From: Nostoc sp. DedSLP01
GTDB lineage: Bacteria > Cyanobacteriota > Cyanobacteriia > Cyanobacteriales > Nostocaceae
NCBI GenBank assembly: GCA_034530875.2
Contig: JAVRCJ020000007.1
Coordinates: 1-64,000, forward strand
DNA length: 64,000 nucleotides
Reading direction: 5' to 3'
Shown: positions 21,100-31,330 of the stretch, in pieces
Numbering within the stretch: the stretch's first letter is position 1
Layout of the letters: every line of letters starts with the position of its first letter
Made by a program: the position numbers and the translations under genes
Notes under the pieces: model-generated
The model's input: only the letters and a program-made list of their open reading frames with translations
The model's database searches: none
Told to the model about the DNA's origin: nothing

Positions 21100-23037
21100 T
21101 CAGTTTATTTTGCGGGAATGGTAAGCTGCGATCGCTAATTCTTTTGCTTTCTGTTGTGGACTACCTCGAATCGGCTGTTTTGCCTCTTCTATAAAAATTC
21201 CTGCTTTAGCAGATTGACTTTCAATATTTGCAATCAATCTGCCATAACTCCATTGATGGACACTAACTCGGTACTCTTTGGCATACTTTTGTTGAACTTC
21301 TATAATGTCTGATTTTTGTTCAGCTTTGGCTTGAATCTCGCTTTGAATTTGTTCTCGCATATCGCCCAACTTAGGGAGGACAATACTGCCAGCTTTATAT
21401 GTTATTGCGATCGCCACAATTTCTTTAGCCAGTAATCTGTCTACATACTGCCCTAACTCTGATTCTCCCATTTGATTTGGTGCAGCAAGCGTTTGAGCTA
21501 TTTGGCGTTGGTGCGATAGTGAATGTTTCTGTTGTCGCTGTTGGTTTAGTAATTTGTAATTATCGCCCAGTAGTTGTTTAATACTGCGGTAGGTAATGAC
21601 TTTACTTGTAGAGCCATCAACCACTGCTACTGTTGCAGGCTTCTCTAAACCAAGGCTAACTGCAACAAGAATATGAGATCGACCTTGATATAAGGGTTTG
21701 CTAGGACGGGGAAAGGGGTTATTAATTCTGGCTAGAGATGAGTTTTTCCGTTTTATATGAGCAAGTTGTTGCTCGTTGAGTTCACCTTTGGCTTTTGTCT
21801 GGGTGATAGTTTTAGCAATTTCTTCTGCTTTCTCTTCTCTGACAAGGTTTGTTCCTTGAGCCGTCCATAGGCGAGTATCTACAGAACAGTAAAGGGTTAA
21901 GCGGTTAACCTTCCACTCCTCGCCTTTACCTTCCTCTTGTTGCCAAGCAATACGTCCACTACGGAGAGTGAATAGGCTGCTAGAGTGTTGGTTTTTGCTG
22001 TTGTGCTTGATTTGCTGGTCTTCTAAAAAGCGTTGAAACCATTGGAGTTGGCGAGAATCGCAGTAGACTTGAAAGCTATGCTCACTCAAACCATTGAATT
22101 TTACACAGATACGTCCACGCTGGTTCTTAAACCAACTCATGTCTTCGTTGGTTTCATAAGCAACTGGGAAAGGGACTTTGCTAGATTTTTTTAAAATGCT
22201 GTCTTGCCAAGATTTAGCCTCTGTTTCACTTTCAGGAACGTTATGAGTCGCAAGCAAAAGAGTTTCTAACCATTTGCCATCTGTTAAATCTCGCCCTTTT
22301 GGAATTCGTGCCTCTAGTTGCTCTCTGAGACGTTCAATCTGAATCTCAAGCTTACGGCGGCGTTTAACAAACTTTTGAGTGTCTTCATCTTTATCATTGA
22401 TTTTGCAACCATTCTTGAGAAGATAGCTAATTGCACAACGAGTTACCATGTCTTCTGTGTCGGGGTAATTCTCAAATAAAGTTTTAGAGATATTGCGTTC
22501 GCGTAGCGTGCGCTTTGCGCGATCGCCTTCTGCAACTTTGGCTTTTTTAGTTTTTTTACGTTTGTTTGCTTTCTGTGGTTGTGCTTCAACAGTATCGGAC
22601 TGGGGGGTAAGTTCAGCCAAGATTTCAGCAGCTTTGTTACGAAGGCTCTCTAAAGTCACACCACTGGCTTCTACTAATTCAAGATCGCTTTTGAGCATTT
22701 CCCACCAGCGAATTTTGCCTTCTAGCTGGGACTGCGATCGCTTCATCAGCGCAAACCATGATTTATATATGTAATTCACCAATGCGATCGCACTCGTGTA
22801 AAAGCGTCCGGGTTGACCGATGAAGCGGGGGTCAGTTTTCAAAGGTTCGCATAATTCTTTGACAATTTTGGCTGGGTGCTTGCCTTTTTGCCGCCAACTC
22901 TCAAACTCTGGCTGTTGAGCTACCTTGAGCAACAGTTCGTTAATCAGTGGCGTATTTTTCTCTGCCATCAGTTTCCAAAGCTGTTGGCGGGTAGATTCAC
23001 TTGCTACTAAACGACACTGAATAGTAATTTGGCTCAT
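21100..23037 (-). CDS. cas12k: Type V-K effector Cas12k
   Basis: MSQITIQCRL start, NTPLINELL, PFPVAYETNED, inactive RuvC-like VAVSLGLEKPAT, HQWSYGRL; 645 aa. Confidence 0.97.
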   Translation of the reverse strand: MSQITIQCRLVASESTRQQLWKLMAEKNTPLINELLLKVAQQPEFESWRQKGKHPAKIVKELCEPLKTDPRFIGQPGRFYTSAIALVNYIYKSWFALMKRSQSQLEGKIRWWEMLKSDLELVEASGVTLESLRNKAAEILAELTPQSDTVEAQPQKANKRKKTKKAKVAEGDRAKRTLRERNISKTLFENYPDTEDMVTRCAISYLLKNGCKINDKDEDTQKFVKRRRKLEIQIERLREQLEARIPKGRDLTDGKWLETLLLATHNVPESETEAKSWQDSILKKSSKVPFPVAYETNEDMSWFKNQRGRICVKFNGLSEHSFQVYCDSRQLQWFQRFLEDQQIKHNSKNQHSSSLFTLRSGRIAWQQEEGKGEEWKVNRLTLYCSVDTRLWTAQGTNLVREEKAEEIAKTITQTKAKGELNEQQLAHIKRKNSSLARINNPFPRPSKPLYQGRSHILVAVSLGLEKPATVAVVDGSTSKVITYRSIKQLLGDNYKLLNQQRQQKHSLSHQRQIAQTLAAPNQMGESELGQYVDRLLAKEIVAIAITYKAGSIVLPKLGDMREQIQSEIQAKAEQKSDIIEVQQKYAKEYRVSVHQWSYGRLIANIESQSAKAGIFIEEAKQPIRGSPQQKAKELAIAAYHSRKIN

Positions 23038-23045
23038 ATTTTTAC

Positions 23046-23100
23046 AAACATATATGTCTTATAATACCATAAATGTTTAATTAACTGCTGTGCCTACAAT
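23046..23100. promoter_or_regulatory. Divergent cas12k/cvkR promoter region
   Basis: Palindrome AAACATATATGTCT (23046-23059); minus-strand TATTAT (23061-23066); plus-strand TACAAT (23095-23100) 6 nt before the cvkR ATG, consistent with a leaderless mRNA. Confidence 0.55.
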
Positions 23101-23106
23101 GATTTC

Positions 23107-23538
23107 ATGCAAGAAACGTTTTTTACGAGTAAACAAGCGGCTGAAATCACAGGCTGCACCCTGCGTCAACTCCAGTACTGGCGGGAAAAGGGTGTGGTTG
23201 TTCCTGTTATTGGTGAGACGGGAACAGGACGTAGTATTTATTACTCAAAGCCGAATTTGATGGAACTGGCAGCAATGTTATATTTTTTATCGATGGGATT
23301 GAGTTTTGATATTGCCAGTACTACGGTGAAAACCTTGAGAGATAAGGAACCGGAGTTGTTTGAATTTGGTAAAGGTAGTCGGTGGATGATACTTTTCGAG
23401 GGGCATAAGCGATCGCTAAATCTTGTAGTCTATGACCGAGAACAAGCGATCGCATCTTTAGATGAAGGTAAACCTGTAATTCCAGTGTGGTTGGACGAAA
23501 TTTATCAAAAGTTGGCGCTGAAGTTGGGAAAAAGTTAA
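23107..23538 (+). CDS. cvkR: MerR-type CAST repressor CvkR
   Basis: MerR HTH FTSKQAAEITGCTLRQLQYWREKG; divergent from cas12k. Confidence 0.85.
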   Translation: MQETFFTSKQAAEITGCTLRQLQYWREKGVVVPVIGETGTGRSIYYSKPNLMELAAMLYFLSMGLSFDIASTTVKTLRDKEPELFEFGKGSRWMILFEGHKRSLNLVVYDREQAIASLDEGKPVIPVWLDEIYQKLALKLGKS

Positions 23539-23607
23539 AACTTCTGGGATAAAGCGGAAATGGCACTGAGGGCTTCGTGCTAACTTTGGTAAGACAGGAG
23601 TGAGTTG

Positions 23608-25833
23608 ATGAGCGATTTTAGCAAAGAGACAGACGCACGTATTAATATTGATGATCTTCTCCGCCAAGCAGGATGGAACCCGGCTGATAAATCTCAGGTA
23701 ATGACTGAGGTTTCGGCTCAAATGGCAGATGGTAGGAGAGGTAGAGCCGATTATGTACTGCTTGACCAAAGAGGTCGTCCCTTGGCTGTGATTGAAGCTA
23801 AGAAGCGTGCGATTGAGCCTTATGTTGCTAAAAATCAAGCACTTCCCTATGCTCGGAAGTTGGAAGCACCGTTTATTTTCCTCAGTAATGGCGAACTGAT
23901 TTATTTTTGGGACTATCAAAACGATGATGCGCGGATTGTCAATTCTTTTTTCTCACGGCGAGATTTAGAGCGATTGCTGGAAATGCGCTCAACCCGTCAA
24001 CCCCTAGCTACTATTGAAATTCCTGAGTATTACACTCGACAGGGTGAAACTCGCTTAGTTCGTTCCTATCAAAGGGAAACTATGCAAGCCATTGACCATG
24101 CAGTTGAATTGGGCAAACGGCGATTTTTACTCGAACTGCCAACTGGAACAGGTAAAACTGATTTAATTTGTCTGCAATTAAAACGCTTAATTCAATCGGG
24201 ATATGCCGAAAAAATCCTGTTTTTAGTGGATAGGGAACAATTAGCAAAACAGGCATTAGAAGCAATTCAAGATGTTTTAAATCAGTATGGTAGCTACTGG
24301 CTCAAGCCCAGTGTGATCCGGCAAGAGCAGCAAATTACAGTTTGCTTACTTCAAACAATGATTAGCCGTTATCGGGAGTTTACTAGCGGCTATTTTGATG
24401 TTGTTGTGGCTGATGAATGTCATCGTTCGATTTATGGTGTTTGGCAGACTGCACTTACTCACTTTGATGCGTTCCATATTGGTTTAACTGCTACGCCAGC
24501 AGCTTACATTGAACGTAATACTTTTGATTTCTACAACTGCCGAAATGAGCAGCCAGATTTTACTTACTCTATTCAAACGGCATTTGAACAAAAGTATCTT
24601 GTTCCCTATCGGTTCGCTACTGGCATCACTGAAATTATTGCTGAAGGTGCTGAAGTTGATGAGGTTTCTTATGACCCAGCAGACTTTGAACGCAAGTGGA
24701 CTAATGAGGACAGTAACCGCCTAATGATGCAGGAGTTTGATAGGCTGGCTTGGGAGAATTATCAAGAATTAGCACCAGGACAAAAGATTGGGCCTGGTAA
24801 ATCAATAGTATTTGCTTTGACAAAAAATCATGCGGCACGGTTGACAAGATATCTTAACGAGTTACATCCAGAATGTAAGGGGCGTTACGCTGAAGTAATT
24901 ACAAGTGATGTTGCTAATGCCGATGACTTAATTCGTCAGTTCAAATATGAAGATTACCCACAAGTTGCAGTCAGTGTTGATATGCTCAATACTGGCTTTG
25001 ATTGCCGGGAAGTTTTACATTTGGTGATGTGTCGTACAGTGCGGAGTCCAATTCTTTATCAGCAGATTCGTGGACGGGGGACAAGGACTGCGCCACATAT
25101 TGATAAACGCAAGTTTGTTATTTATGATTTTTTCGGAAATCACCAATATTTTAATGATAGCGATACTGATATTTATGCTGAAACTGGTCGAGGTCATGTA
25201 TCAATTAGAAGCAACCAGCAACAATACCGTCCTCGGTCAGAATTAATTGAATTAGGGCTGAGGGATAGATGGCAGCAATATGTCAGTTATGTAGAAGTAG
25301 GTACAGAAGGGGAGCGGGTTGATAAGCGAGATTATGTCACTAATTGGGAGCAAACTATTCAATCTGCTGTTAATAACGATCCAACACTCCAGAAAATCCG
25401 GGATGGAGAATTGTTGACGGAAACAGAAGAAACTGAACTGGTGCGGCGTTTGAATACACCCCGATACTACTTTAATGAAGAAAACCTGCGGCGAGCTTAC
25501 CGCAATTATAATGGCAGCTTGATTGATTTTATTCGGGCTGCATTGGGAATATTAAGGCTTAAAAGTCACGAAGAATTACTAGAAGAAAACTTTAGAGCTT
25601 GGTTGGTTTCTCACTCTTTCGCACCAGCCCAAGCTCAGTATCTTTCTTTGTTGAAAAATCGGGGTATTGCCAAAGGTCAGCTAACCATAGATGATTTATT
25701 CTTGCCACCCCTTTCAGTTCTCAATGCTGCTGGTTTAGGTATAGAACTGTTTGGTGAGCAGGGATTGCGGGATATTTTTGATGAACTAAACCGCTCTGTG
25801 TTCGCGGTGGATGCTACAGGTACAGAGGGTTAA
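23608..25833 (+). CDS. hsdR: Type I restriction enzyme R subunit (EcoAI/EcoEI-like)
   Basis: RADYVL...IEAK nuclease motif, PTGTGKT, DECH, GLTATP, QIRGRGTR. Confidence 0.88.
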   Translation: MSDFSKETDARINIDDLLRQAGWNPADKSQVMTEVSAQMADGRRGRADYVLLDQRGRPLAVIEAKKRAIEPYVAKNQALPYARKLEAPFIFLSNGELIYFWDYQNDDARIVNSFFSRRDLERLLEMRSTRQPLATIEIPEYYTRQGETRLVRSYQRETMQAIDHAVELGKRRFLLELPTGTGKTDLICLQLKRLIQSGYAEKILFLVDREQLAKQALEAIQDVLNQYGSYWLKPSVIRQEQQITVCLLQTMISRYREFTSGYFDVVVADECHRSIYGVWQTALTHFDAFHIGLTATPAAYIERNTFDFYNCRNEQPDFTYSIQTAFEQKYLVPYRFATGITEIIAEGAEVDEVSYDPADFERKWTNEDSNRLMMQEFDRLAWENYQELAPGQKIGPGKSIVFALTKNHAARLTRYLNELHPECKGRYAEVITSDVANADDLIRQFKYEDYPQVAVSVDMLNTGFDCREVLHLVMCRTVRSPILYQQIRGRGTRTAPHIDKRKFVIYDFFGNHQYFNDSDTDIYAETGRGHVSIRSNQQQYRPRSELIELGLRDRWQQYVSYVEVGTEGERVDKRDYVTNWEQTIQSAVNNDPTLQKIRDGELLTETEETELVRRLNTPRYYFNEENLRRAYRNYNGSLIDFIRAALGILRLKSHEELLEENFRAWLVSHSFAPAQAQYLSLLKNRGIAKGQLTIDDLFLPPLSVLNAAGLGIELFGEQGLRDIFDELNRSVFAVDATGTEG

Positions 25834-25842
25834 GAGAAAAAT

Positions 25843-27492
25843 ATGGATTCAGAAATTCGTCGCAAACTCAAGCATATTACTGATACTTTATGGGCTGGTG
25901 GGGTAACAAATCCTGTCACCTACATTGAGCAGATTTCTTACCTGATATACCTGAAGCTGTTGGATGAAGAGGAAGCAAATCGGGAGTTACGCGCCCGCCT
26001 CACTGGTAATAATGGTAATGCTAAATTACTATTTCCCCAGCAAGCAGAACGTTATCGCTGGTCGAAATGGCGTTTTAAGAGTGGTACTGAACTGCGCGAC
26101 TTTCTGCGGGATGAAGTTTTCCCCTACATGGCGAATTCTTTGCTGAAAGATGAGCCAAAAGTGGCAGAGTATTTCCGGGACGCTGTTTTAGAAATTAATG
26201 ACCCGAATGTTCTCAAGTTGGTGGTTGATGAACTCGATACCCTGGATTTCCTCAAAATGGGTCAGGATGTCAAAGGTGATATTTTTGAGTACCTGTTAAC
26301 CCATTTAGGTCAATCTGCGCTTAATGGTCAATTCCGTACTCCCCGACAGATACGGGCGTTTATGGTGGAGATGGTTGACCCTGATTTGGGGGATACTATT
26401 TGCGATTTGGCTTGTGGAACAGGAGGATTTTTGATTGATAGTATTGAGTATATTTTGGCTAAGTACAGCGAAAATCCCATAGAAGTGCCGATTTATGGTG
26501 AGGATTGGCTGGAAAAACGGGGACTAACTTTAGCAGAAGCAAAACAGCAAATCCCTAATCTCCAGACTTATCGCAAAGGAAATGGGGATAGATTACCTGA
26601 CTGGAAACTTTTGGAAGAGTCGATTTATGGCTTTGATGTCTCCCGCCAGATGATGCGAATTTCGATGATGAATTTGGTGCTGCATGGAATTCGCAACGCC
26701 AAGCTGAAAGTAGCAAATGTATTGTCAGATATGGGGGGACTGACAGAAGATGATTTGCGCCGTCGCTATAAGGTGATGTTTGATAATCCCCCTTTTGCGG
26801 GAACGTTACCGAAAGATTCTATCCGTGCAGATTTACCGACAAATTCCAAAAAAAGTGAATTGCTGTTTTTGGCTGCAATCATGAAGTCTTTGGTAGCGGG
26901 TGGAAAGTGTGCGGTGGTTGTACCAGAAGGGTTACTATTTGGTTCTACAGGCGCTCATGTGGATTTGCGGAAAAAACTAGTGACAGAATTTGATTTATTG
27001 GCGGTGGTTTCTTTACCTGCGGGGGTGTTTAAGCCATATACGGGGGTGAAGACGGCGGTGTTGGTAATTCGCAATCCAATGGAATCTGCGGTGCGTCAGG
27101 TGAATCAAGTTTGGTTCTATGAAGTTAAAAATGATGGTTACGATCCTGATAAGATTTCCGGCGGGGGTAGACCGGAAACGCCAGAACTAAATGATATTCC
27201 TAATTTATTAAAGCAGTGGAAGGTTTATCGGAAATCGGGTTTTGTACAACCTCCAGGTTTTGAAAAAGGGGAGTTGTTAAAGCCAGGAAGTGAGGAACCC
27301 CGGTGCTGGTGGGCATCTTTGGAGACTATTGCCGAAAATGATTACAATTTAGCTGCTGGGCGTTATAAGCCACAGGTAGCTGAGGCTGTTACTGATGATG
27401 AGCCGGTTGAGTTGATTCGAGAAGTGTTGGAAATTGAGAAAAGTATTACTTCTGGGTTAGAAAAGCTGCTTCGTGATGTGGAGGCAGTTTGA
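25843..27492 (+). CDS. hsdM: Type I R-M N6-adenine methyltransferase M subunit
   Basis: GQFRTPR, DLACGTGGFL, NPPF, VVVPEGLLF. Confidence 0.92.
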   Translation: MDSEIRRKLKHITDTLWAGGVTNPVTYIEQISYLIYLKLLDEEEANRELRARLTGNNGNAKLLFPQQAERYRWSKWRFKSGTELRDFLRDEVFPYMANSLLKDEPKVAEYFRDAVLEINDPNVLKLVVDELDTLDFLKMGQDVKGDIFEYLLTHLGQSALNGQFRTPRQIRAFMVEMVDPDLGDTICDLACGTGGFLIDSIEYILAKYSENPIEVPIYGEDWLEKRGLTLAEAKQQIPNLQTYRKGNGDRLPDWKLLEESIYGFDVSRQMMRISMMNLVLHGIRNAKLKVANVLSDMGGLTEDDLRRRYKVMFDNPPFAGTLPKDSIRADLPTNSKKSELLFLAAIMKSLVAGGKCAVVVPEGLLFGSTGAHVDLRKKLVTEFDLLAVVSLPAGVFKPYTGVKTAVLVIRNPMESAVRQVNQVWFYEVKNDGYDPDKISGGGRPETPELNDIPNLLKQWKVYRKSGFVQPPGFEKGELLKPGSEEPRCWWASLETIAENDYNLAAGRYKPQVAEAVTDDEPVELIREVLEIEKSITSGLEKLLRDVEAV

Positions 27493-28796
27493 TGAATTGG
27501 CTTACCGCAAGACTTGGCTCACTTTCTCGTATCCGCCGAGGGGCATCTCCTCGACCAAAGGGTGATCCACGATACTTTGGGGGAGATATTCCTTGGCTAA
27601 AAATCGGTGATGTTCCAAAAGACAACCGCTACATATATCAAACTGTTGAGGGAGTTACTGAAGCTGGGCGTGAACGCAGCGTTTTTGTTGAAGAAGGTAC
27701 GCTTTTACTCAGTAATAGTGCCTCAGTAGGTCATCCATTTATTACAAAAATCGGAGTTTGTATACATGATGGATGGCTCGCAATTGATAACTTGATACCG
27801 CTATTAAATCAAGATTTTCTTTATTGGTTTTTACTTTTTTCACAACAACAGCTTATCCAACTTGCACCAAGTGGTACACAGCGCAACCTGAACACAGGCA
27901 TTGTGTCATCTTTTCATATACCTATTCCACCTCTTTCTGAACAACACTGTATAGTCGAGATTCTAGATCAAGCAGATGCACTGCGAAGAATGCGGGCTGA
28001 GGCTGATGCAAAAGCAGAGCGCATTTTGCCTGCGCTATTCATCAAAATGTTTGGCGATCCGGCAACAAATCCGATGGGGTGGGATATTCTATTAGTAGAA
28101 AAATTATTTTCAAGAGAGCGCCCAGGTACTAAATGCGGCCCCTTCGGAAGCGCACTTAAAAAACATGAATATGTTGATAAGGGTATACCCGTTTGGGGAA
28201 TTGACAATATAAAGCCGAATCAGTTTGTGGAATCAGGTTCATTATTTATAACTCCAACTAAATATGAAGAACTTAAAAGTTATTCAGTAGAACCTGGAGA
28301 TATTATAATTTCCCGTGCAGGGACTGTTGGACGTATGTGTGTAGCCCGACCACAACAGTCACATTCCATTATTAGCACAAATCTAATTCGTCTTAGCTTA
28401 GAGAAAAAAGATATTTTCCCTGAATATTTTACATCTCTTCTTTCATACTTTCCAACATCAGTTAATCAATTGCGTGCAAGTGGTGATAATGGAGCTTATT
28501 CATTTATGAATACTACCATTTTAAAGTCATTAAAAATTCCATTGCCACCATTCGATCTTCAAAATGAATATACCCATCGTATGGCAGAGGTCAGAAGATT
28601 GAATGAAAAGCAAATTGAATCTCAAGCTAAATTAAATAATCTTTTCCAATGCCTACTCTATCGTGCTTTTTCTGGTGAACTCACAGCCAAATGGCGAGAA
28701 GCACACATGAAAGAACTGCTTGCAGAAATGGAAGAACAAGCAAAAGCCCTCAATTTGAGAGATTACGGAGATTCTCAGCAGCTTTCTCTGTTATAA
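27492..28796 (+). CDS. hsdS: Type I R-M specificity subunit
   Basis: Two TRDs each followed by IPIPPLSEQ / IPLPPFDLQ conserved regions; central MFGDPATNPMGW; AFSGEL. Confidence 0.92.
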   Translation: MNWLTARLGSLSRIRRGASPRPKGDPRYFGGDIPWLKIGDVPKDNRYIYQTVEGVTEAGRERSVFVEEGTLLLSNSASVGHPFITKIGVCIHDGWLAIDNLIPLLNQDFLYWFLLFSQQQLIQLAPSGTQRNLNTGIVSSFHIPIPPLSEQHCIVEILDQADALRRMRAEADAKAERILPALFIKMFGDPATNPMGWDILLVEKLFSRERPGTKCGPFGSALKKHEYVDKGIPVWGIDNIKPNQFVESGSLFITPTKYEELKSYSVEPGDIIISRAGTVGRMCVARPQQSHSIISTNLIRLSLEKKDIFPEYFTSLLSYFPTSVNQLRASGDNGAYSFMNTTILKSLKIPLPPFDLQNEYTHRMAEVRRLNEKQIESQAKLNNLFQCLLYRAFSGELTAKWREAHMKELLAEMEEQAKALNLRDYGDSQQLSLL

Positions 28797-29094
28797 AACA
28801 GTGGATCAGTAATGCAAAACAAAGAAGACACATTTAGAATTAGTGTGTAAAATATACCATTAGCTATTTCTTAACTAGAACACAGGGCTATAGCTAACCA
28901 ATCTCTCTAATACTAGGATTTAATGCGTAAAGTAAGGTAAAAATACTCTACCTTACAGCATATAACTGAGATATACAAATTTTTAAGAGAAGCGACAAGA
29001 TGACCCTACAAGTTAATAAAGGACACAAAATTTAAACTTTGACTATTTTTAGTGATTCAGCAAAAATACTGAGACTGATGCTGCACCATTTAAT

Positions 29095-31329
29095 ATGCCA
29101 GAAAAAATTATTATAGTAACAGTTGGATGGGTTTGTGAACCGATTGTAAATGCCATTCAAAATTATCAGCCCGAACACATCGTTTTTATCTGCACTGATG
29201 GCGATAAAGGTAGTCAAATTCAGGTAATTGGGGAAGGAACTCCATGTCAGGGAAAAGTTGAAAAACTGCCTAACATACTGACACAAGTGAAATCTAAGCT
29301 CCCTTCCATAACACATGAGTTGCGTCTAATTCAGAATACAGACGACCTAGTGGAATGCTATCAAGCTGCTGCGGAAAGCATTCGTATGGTACAGAAATCT
29401 CATCCAGACAGTTCTATCTATGCTGACTTCACAGGTGGGACAAAAATTATGGGGTTAGCATTGGCGATCGCAGCATTGGATCATAATATCCCCATACAGT
29501 CCTCAAACCCCTTTTCTGGCGCAACTCAGGATGAAGTCTCTCAAGCACGTTTACGCTTGCAAAGACAAATGATATTATCAGCTTCCCCTAAAACATTATC
29601 AAATAAGGCAAAACCAGCTACTTACAATTCATTAACTGCTCTAAGAGTAGGTAATTTCAAAGCTTTCGCCGATCAACAATACATCCCGCTTCGTCCTTTA
29701 ACCTTGATTTTTGGAGCTAACAGTTCAGGAAAATCCAGCATCATTCACAGCCTTTTGTTAGCACATCACGCCATTAAAAATGGAGAATTGGACATCTACC
29801 GCACCGAAGCCGGAGGTGATTCTGTTGATTTGGGAGGTTTTGGGCAATATGTTCATAAACGCGATCGCCGTAGTCAGGTAGAGTGGTCAGTAGATATTGA
29901 CCCTAAACAGCTAAGTACAGTAGATCGGGGTTTAGTTGACCTTTTACAACCAATCAAAAAGCTGACTGTAGGCGTTGGGATTGGTACTCGTTTAGGAAAA
30001 GGAAGGGTAAGAGTACGGTCTTTCTTTATTGAAGCCGATGACAGACGAGTTTTAAACATGAGTTCTCGCCCTAAAGGAAAGCTTCAGTTAGATCGCCTCG
30101 ATTCCCAACACCCAATACTCAGCAACTTGATTCAAGCAATCCTAGAAGCGAATACATTTACTCTGAAAGTAAATCCAGAGGATCGAGAGGAAATTGAGAA
30201 AGCGATCTATGAACTTGTTCCAGAGATTACAGCACGAGTTTCTCGCTTACTACCAACAAAAATTCAAGTTGGAGATGACGGAGATATATCAATTCCCAAA
30301 ATTAATCCCAAGCCAGGACAACAAGAGGATTTAGCTGATACAGTGCGTCTGATTCTCCCTTACAGACTCAGCGAATTGATTGGAGTAATTACCGAGACTG
30401 TAGAACGAGATATTGGAAAACTAAGATATTTAGGGCCATTTCGCACCTATCCTCCTCGGCATTTTGCGTTTTCTCGGCAGCAAGATGCGAACTGGTATGC
30501 TGGCGGTGGTTATGCTTGGGACATCCTCTTAAATAACGCTGAAGTACGCCAAAAAGTGAATGCTTGGTTGGGAGATAGTGACAGGATGAAATCCCCTTAT
30601 GAGCTAGTAGTGCGTAGTCTTTTACCAGATTCTCAACTTGCTGTTGAACTTTACCCCCGAATTGCCAAAAGTTTACACGATTTAACCACTAAGCTGATTT
30701 TCCATGCTGCTGGATTTGGGAGTGATATTCAACAAGAGATTGAACGTCTCAGAGGTGATTTTGAAGCTGCGGGTATTGACCTGAATTCTGATAATGTTCT
30801 ACCCGAAGTTGAACAACTGGTTTCCATGCTCACTGATACTGATAGCTTATCGGAAACTTGGGTACAGGAGATGACTTCAGGAGGCGATCGTATTTCAGAT
30901 TTAGTCCTAATTGACAAGAGAACTAAAACACCAGTCAGTCACCGCGATGTAGGAATAGGTATAAGTCAAGTTATTCCAATTTTAGTTTCCTGTTATGGTT
31001 TATCTGATGCTTTGGTTGCTATTGAACAACCGGAGATTCATTTACATCCTAGACTCCAGGCTGAATTAGGTTCTGTATTTGCAGAGAGTATTAAACCTCC
31101 ATATAACAATAGATTTATTTTAGAGACGCACAGTGAGCATCTTATGCTCAGGCTACAGAAATTAATTCGTGAAGGAAATTTAAGTCCAGAAGATGTTTCA
31201 GTGATTTATGTAGATTGTGACTCCGAAGGTTCACAATGCCTAGAGTTAAGACTAGACGAGGAAGGCGACTTTATTGATGAGTGGCCGGACGGATTTTTTG
31301 AAGATGATTTTAGAGAAATATTTTCTTGA
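29095..31329 (+). CDS. CARF domain fused to an ABC-type (AAA_15/AAA_21, DUF3696-like) ATPase
   Basis: N-terminal IIVTVG..EPI...PEHIVFICT...DDLVECY...ADFTGGTK (CARF); NFKAF, GANSSGKS, VGIGISQ, IEQPEIHLHP, LETHSEH, C-terminal WPDGFFE. Confidence 0.8.
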   Translation: MPEKIIIVTVGWVCEPIVNAIQNYQPEHIVFICTDGDKGSQIQVIGEGTPCQGKVEKLPNILTQVKSKLPSITHELRLIQNTDDLVECYQAAAESIRMVQKSHPDSSIYADFTGGTKIMGLALAIAALDHNIPIQSSNPFSGATQDEVSQARLRLQRQMILSASPKTLSNKAKPATYNSLTALRVGNFKAFADQQYIPLRPLTLIFGANSSGKSSIIHSLLLAHHAIKNGELDIYRTEAGGDSVDLGGFGQYVHKRDRRSQVEWSVDIDPKQLSTVDRGLVDLLQPIKKLTVGVGIGTRLGKGRVRVRSFFIEADDRRVLNMSSRPKGKLQLDRLDSQHPILSNLIQAILEANTFTLKVNPEDREEIEKAIYELVPEITARVSRLLPTKIQVGDDGDISIPKINPKPGQQEDLADTVRLILPYRLSELIGVITETVERDIGKLRYLGPFRTYPPRHFAFSRQQDANWYAGGGYAWDILLNNAEVRQKVNAWLGDSDRMKSPYELVVRSLLPDSQLAVELYPRIAKSLHDLTTKLIFHAAGFGSDIQQEIERLRGDFEAAGIDLNSDNVLPEVEQLVSMLTDTDSLSETWVQEMTSGGDRISDLVLIDKRTKTPVSHRDVGIGISQVIPILVSCYGLSDALVAIEQPEIHLHPRLQAELGSVFAESIKPPYNNRFILETHSEHLMLRLQKLIREGNLSPEDVSVIYVDCDSEGSQCLELRLDEEGDFIDEWPDGFFEDDFREIFS

Positions 31330-31330
31330 T

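Noticed and set aside
21100..23037. TnpB or nuclease-active Cas12
   Set aside because: RuvC-I Asp is replaced (VAVSLG) and the tracrRNA and tns context identify Cas12k
30942..30957. Partial match of spacer 1 (CGCGAT.TAGGAATA, 14/15) inside the CARF-ATPase gene
   Set aside because: PAM-proximal mismatch or bulge and no pairing beyond about 16 nt; a match of this size is plausible by chance in 64 kb
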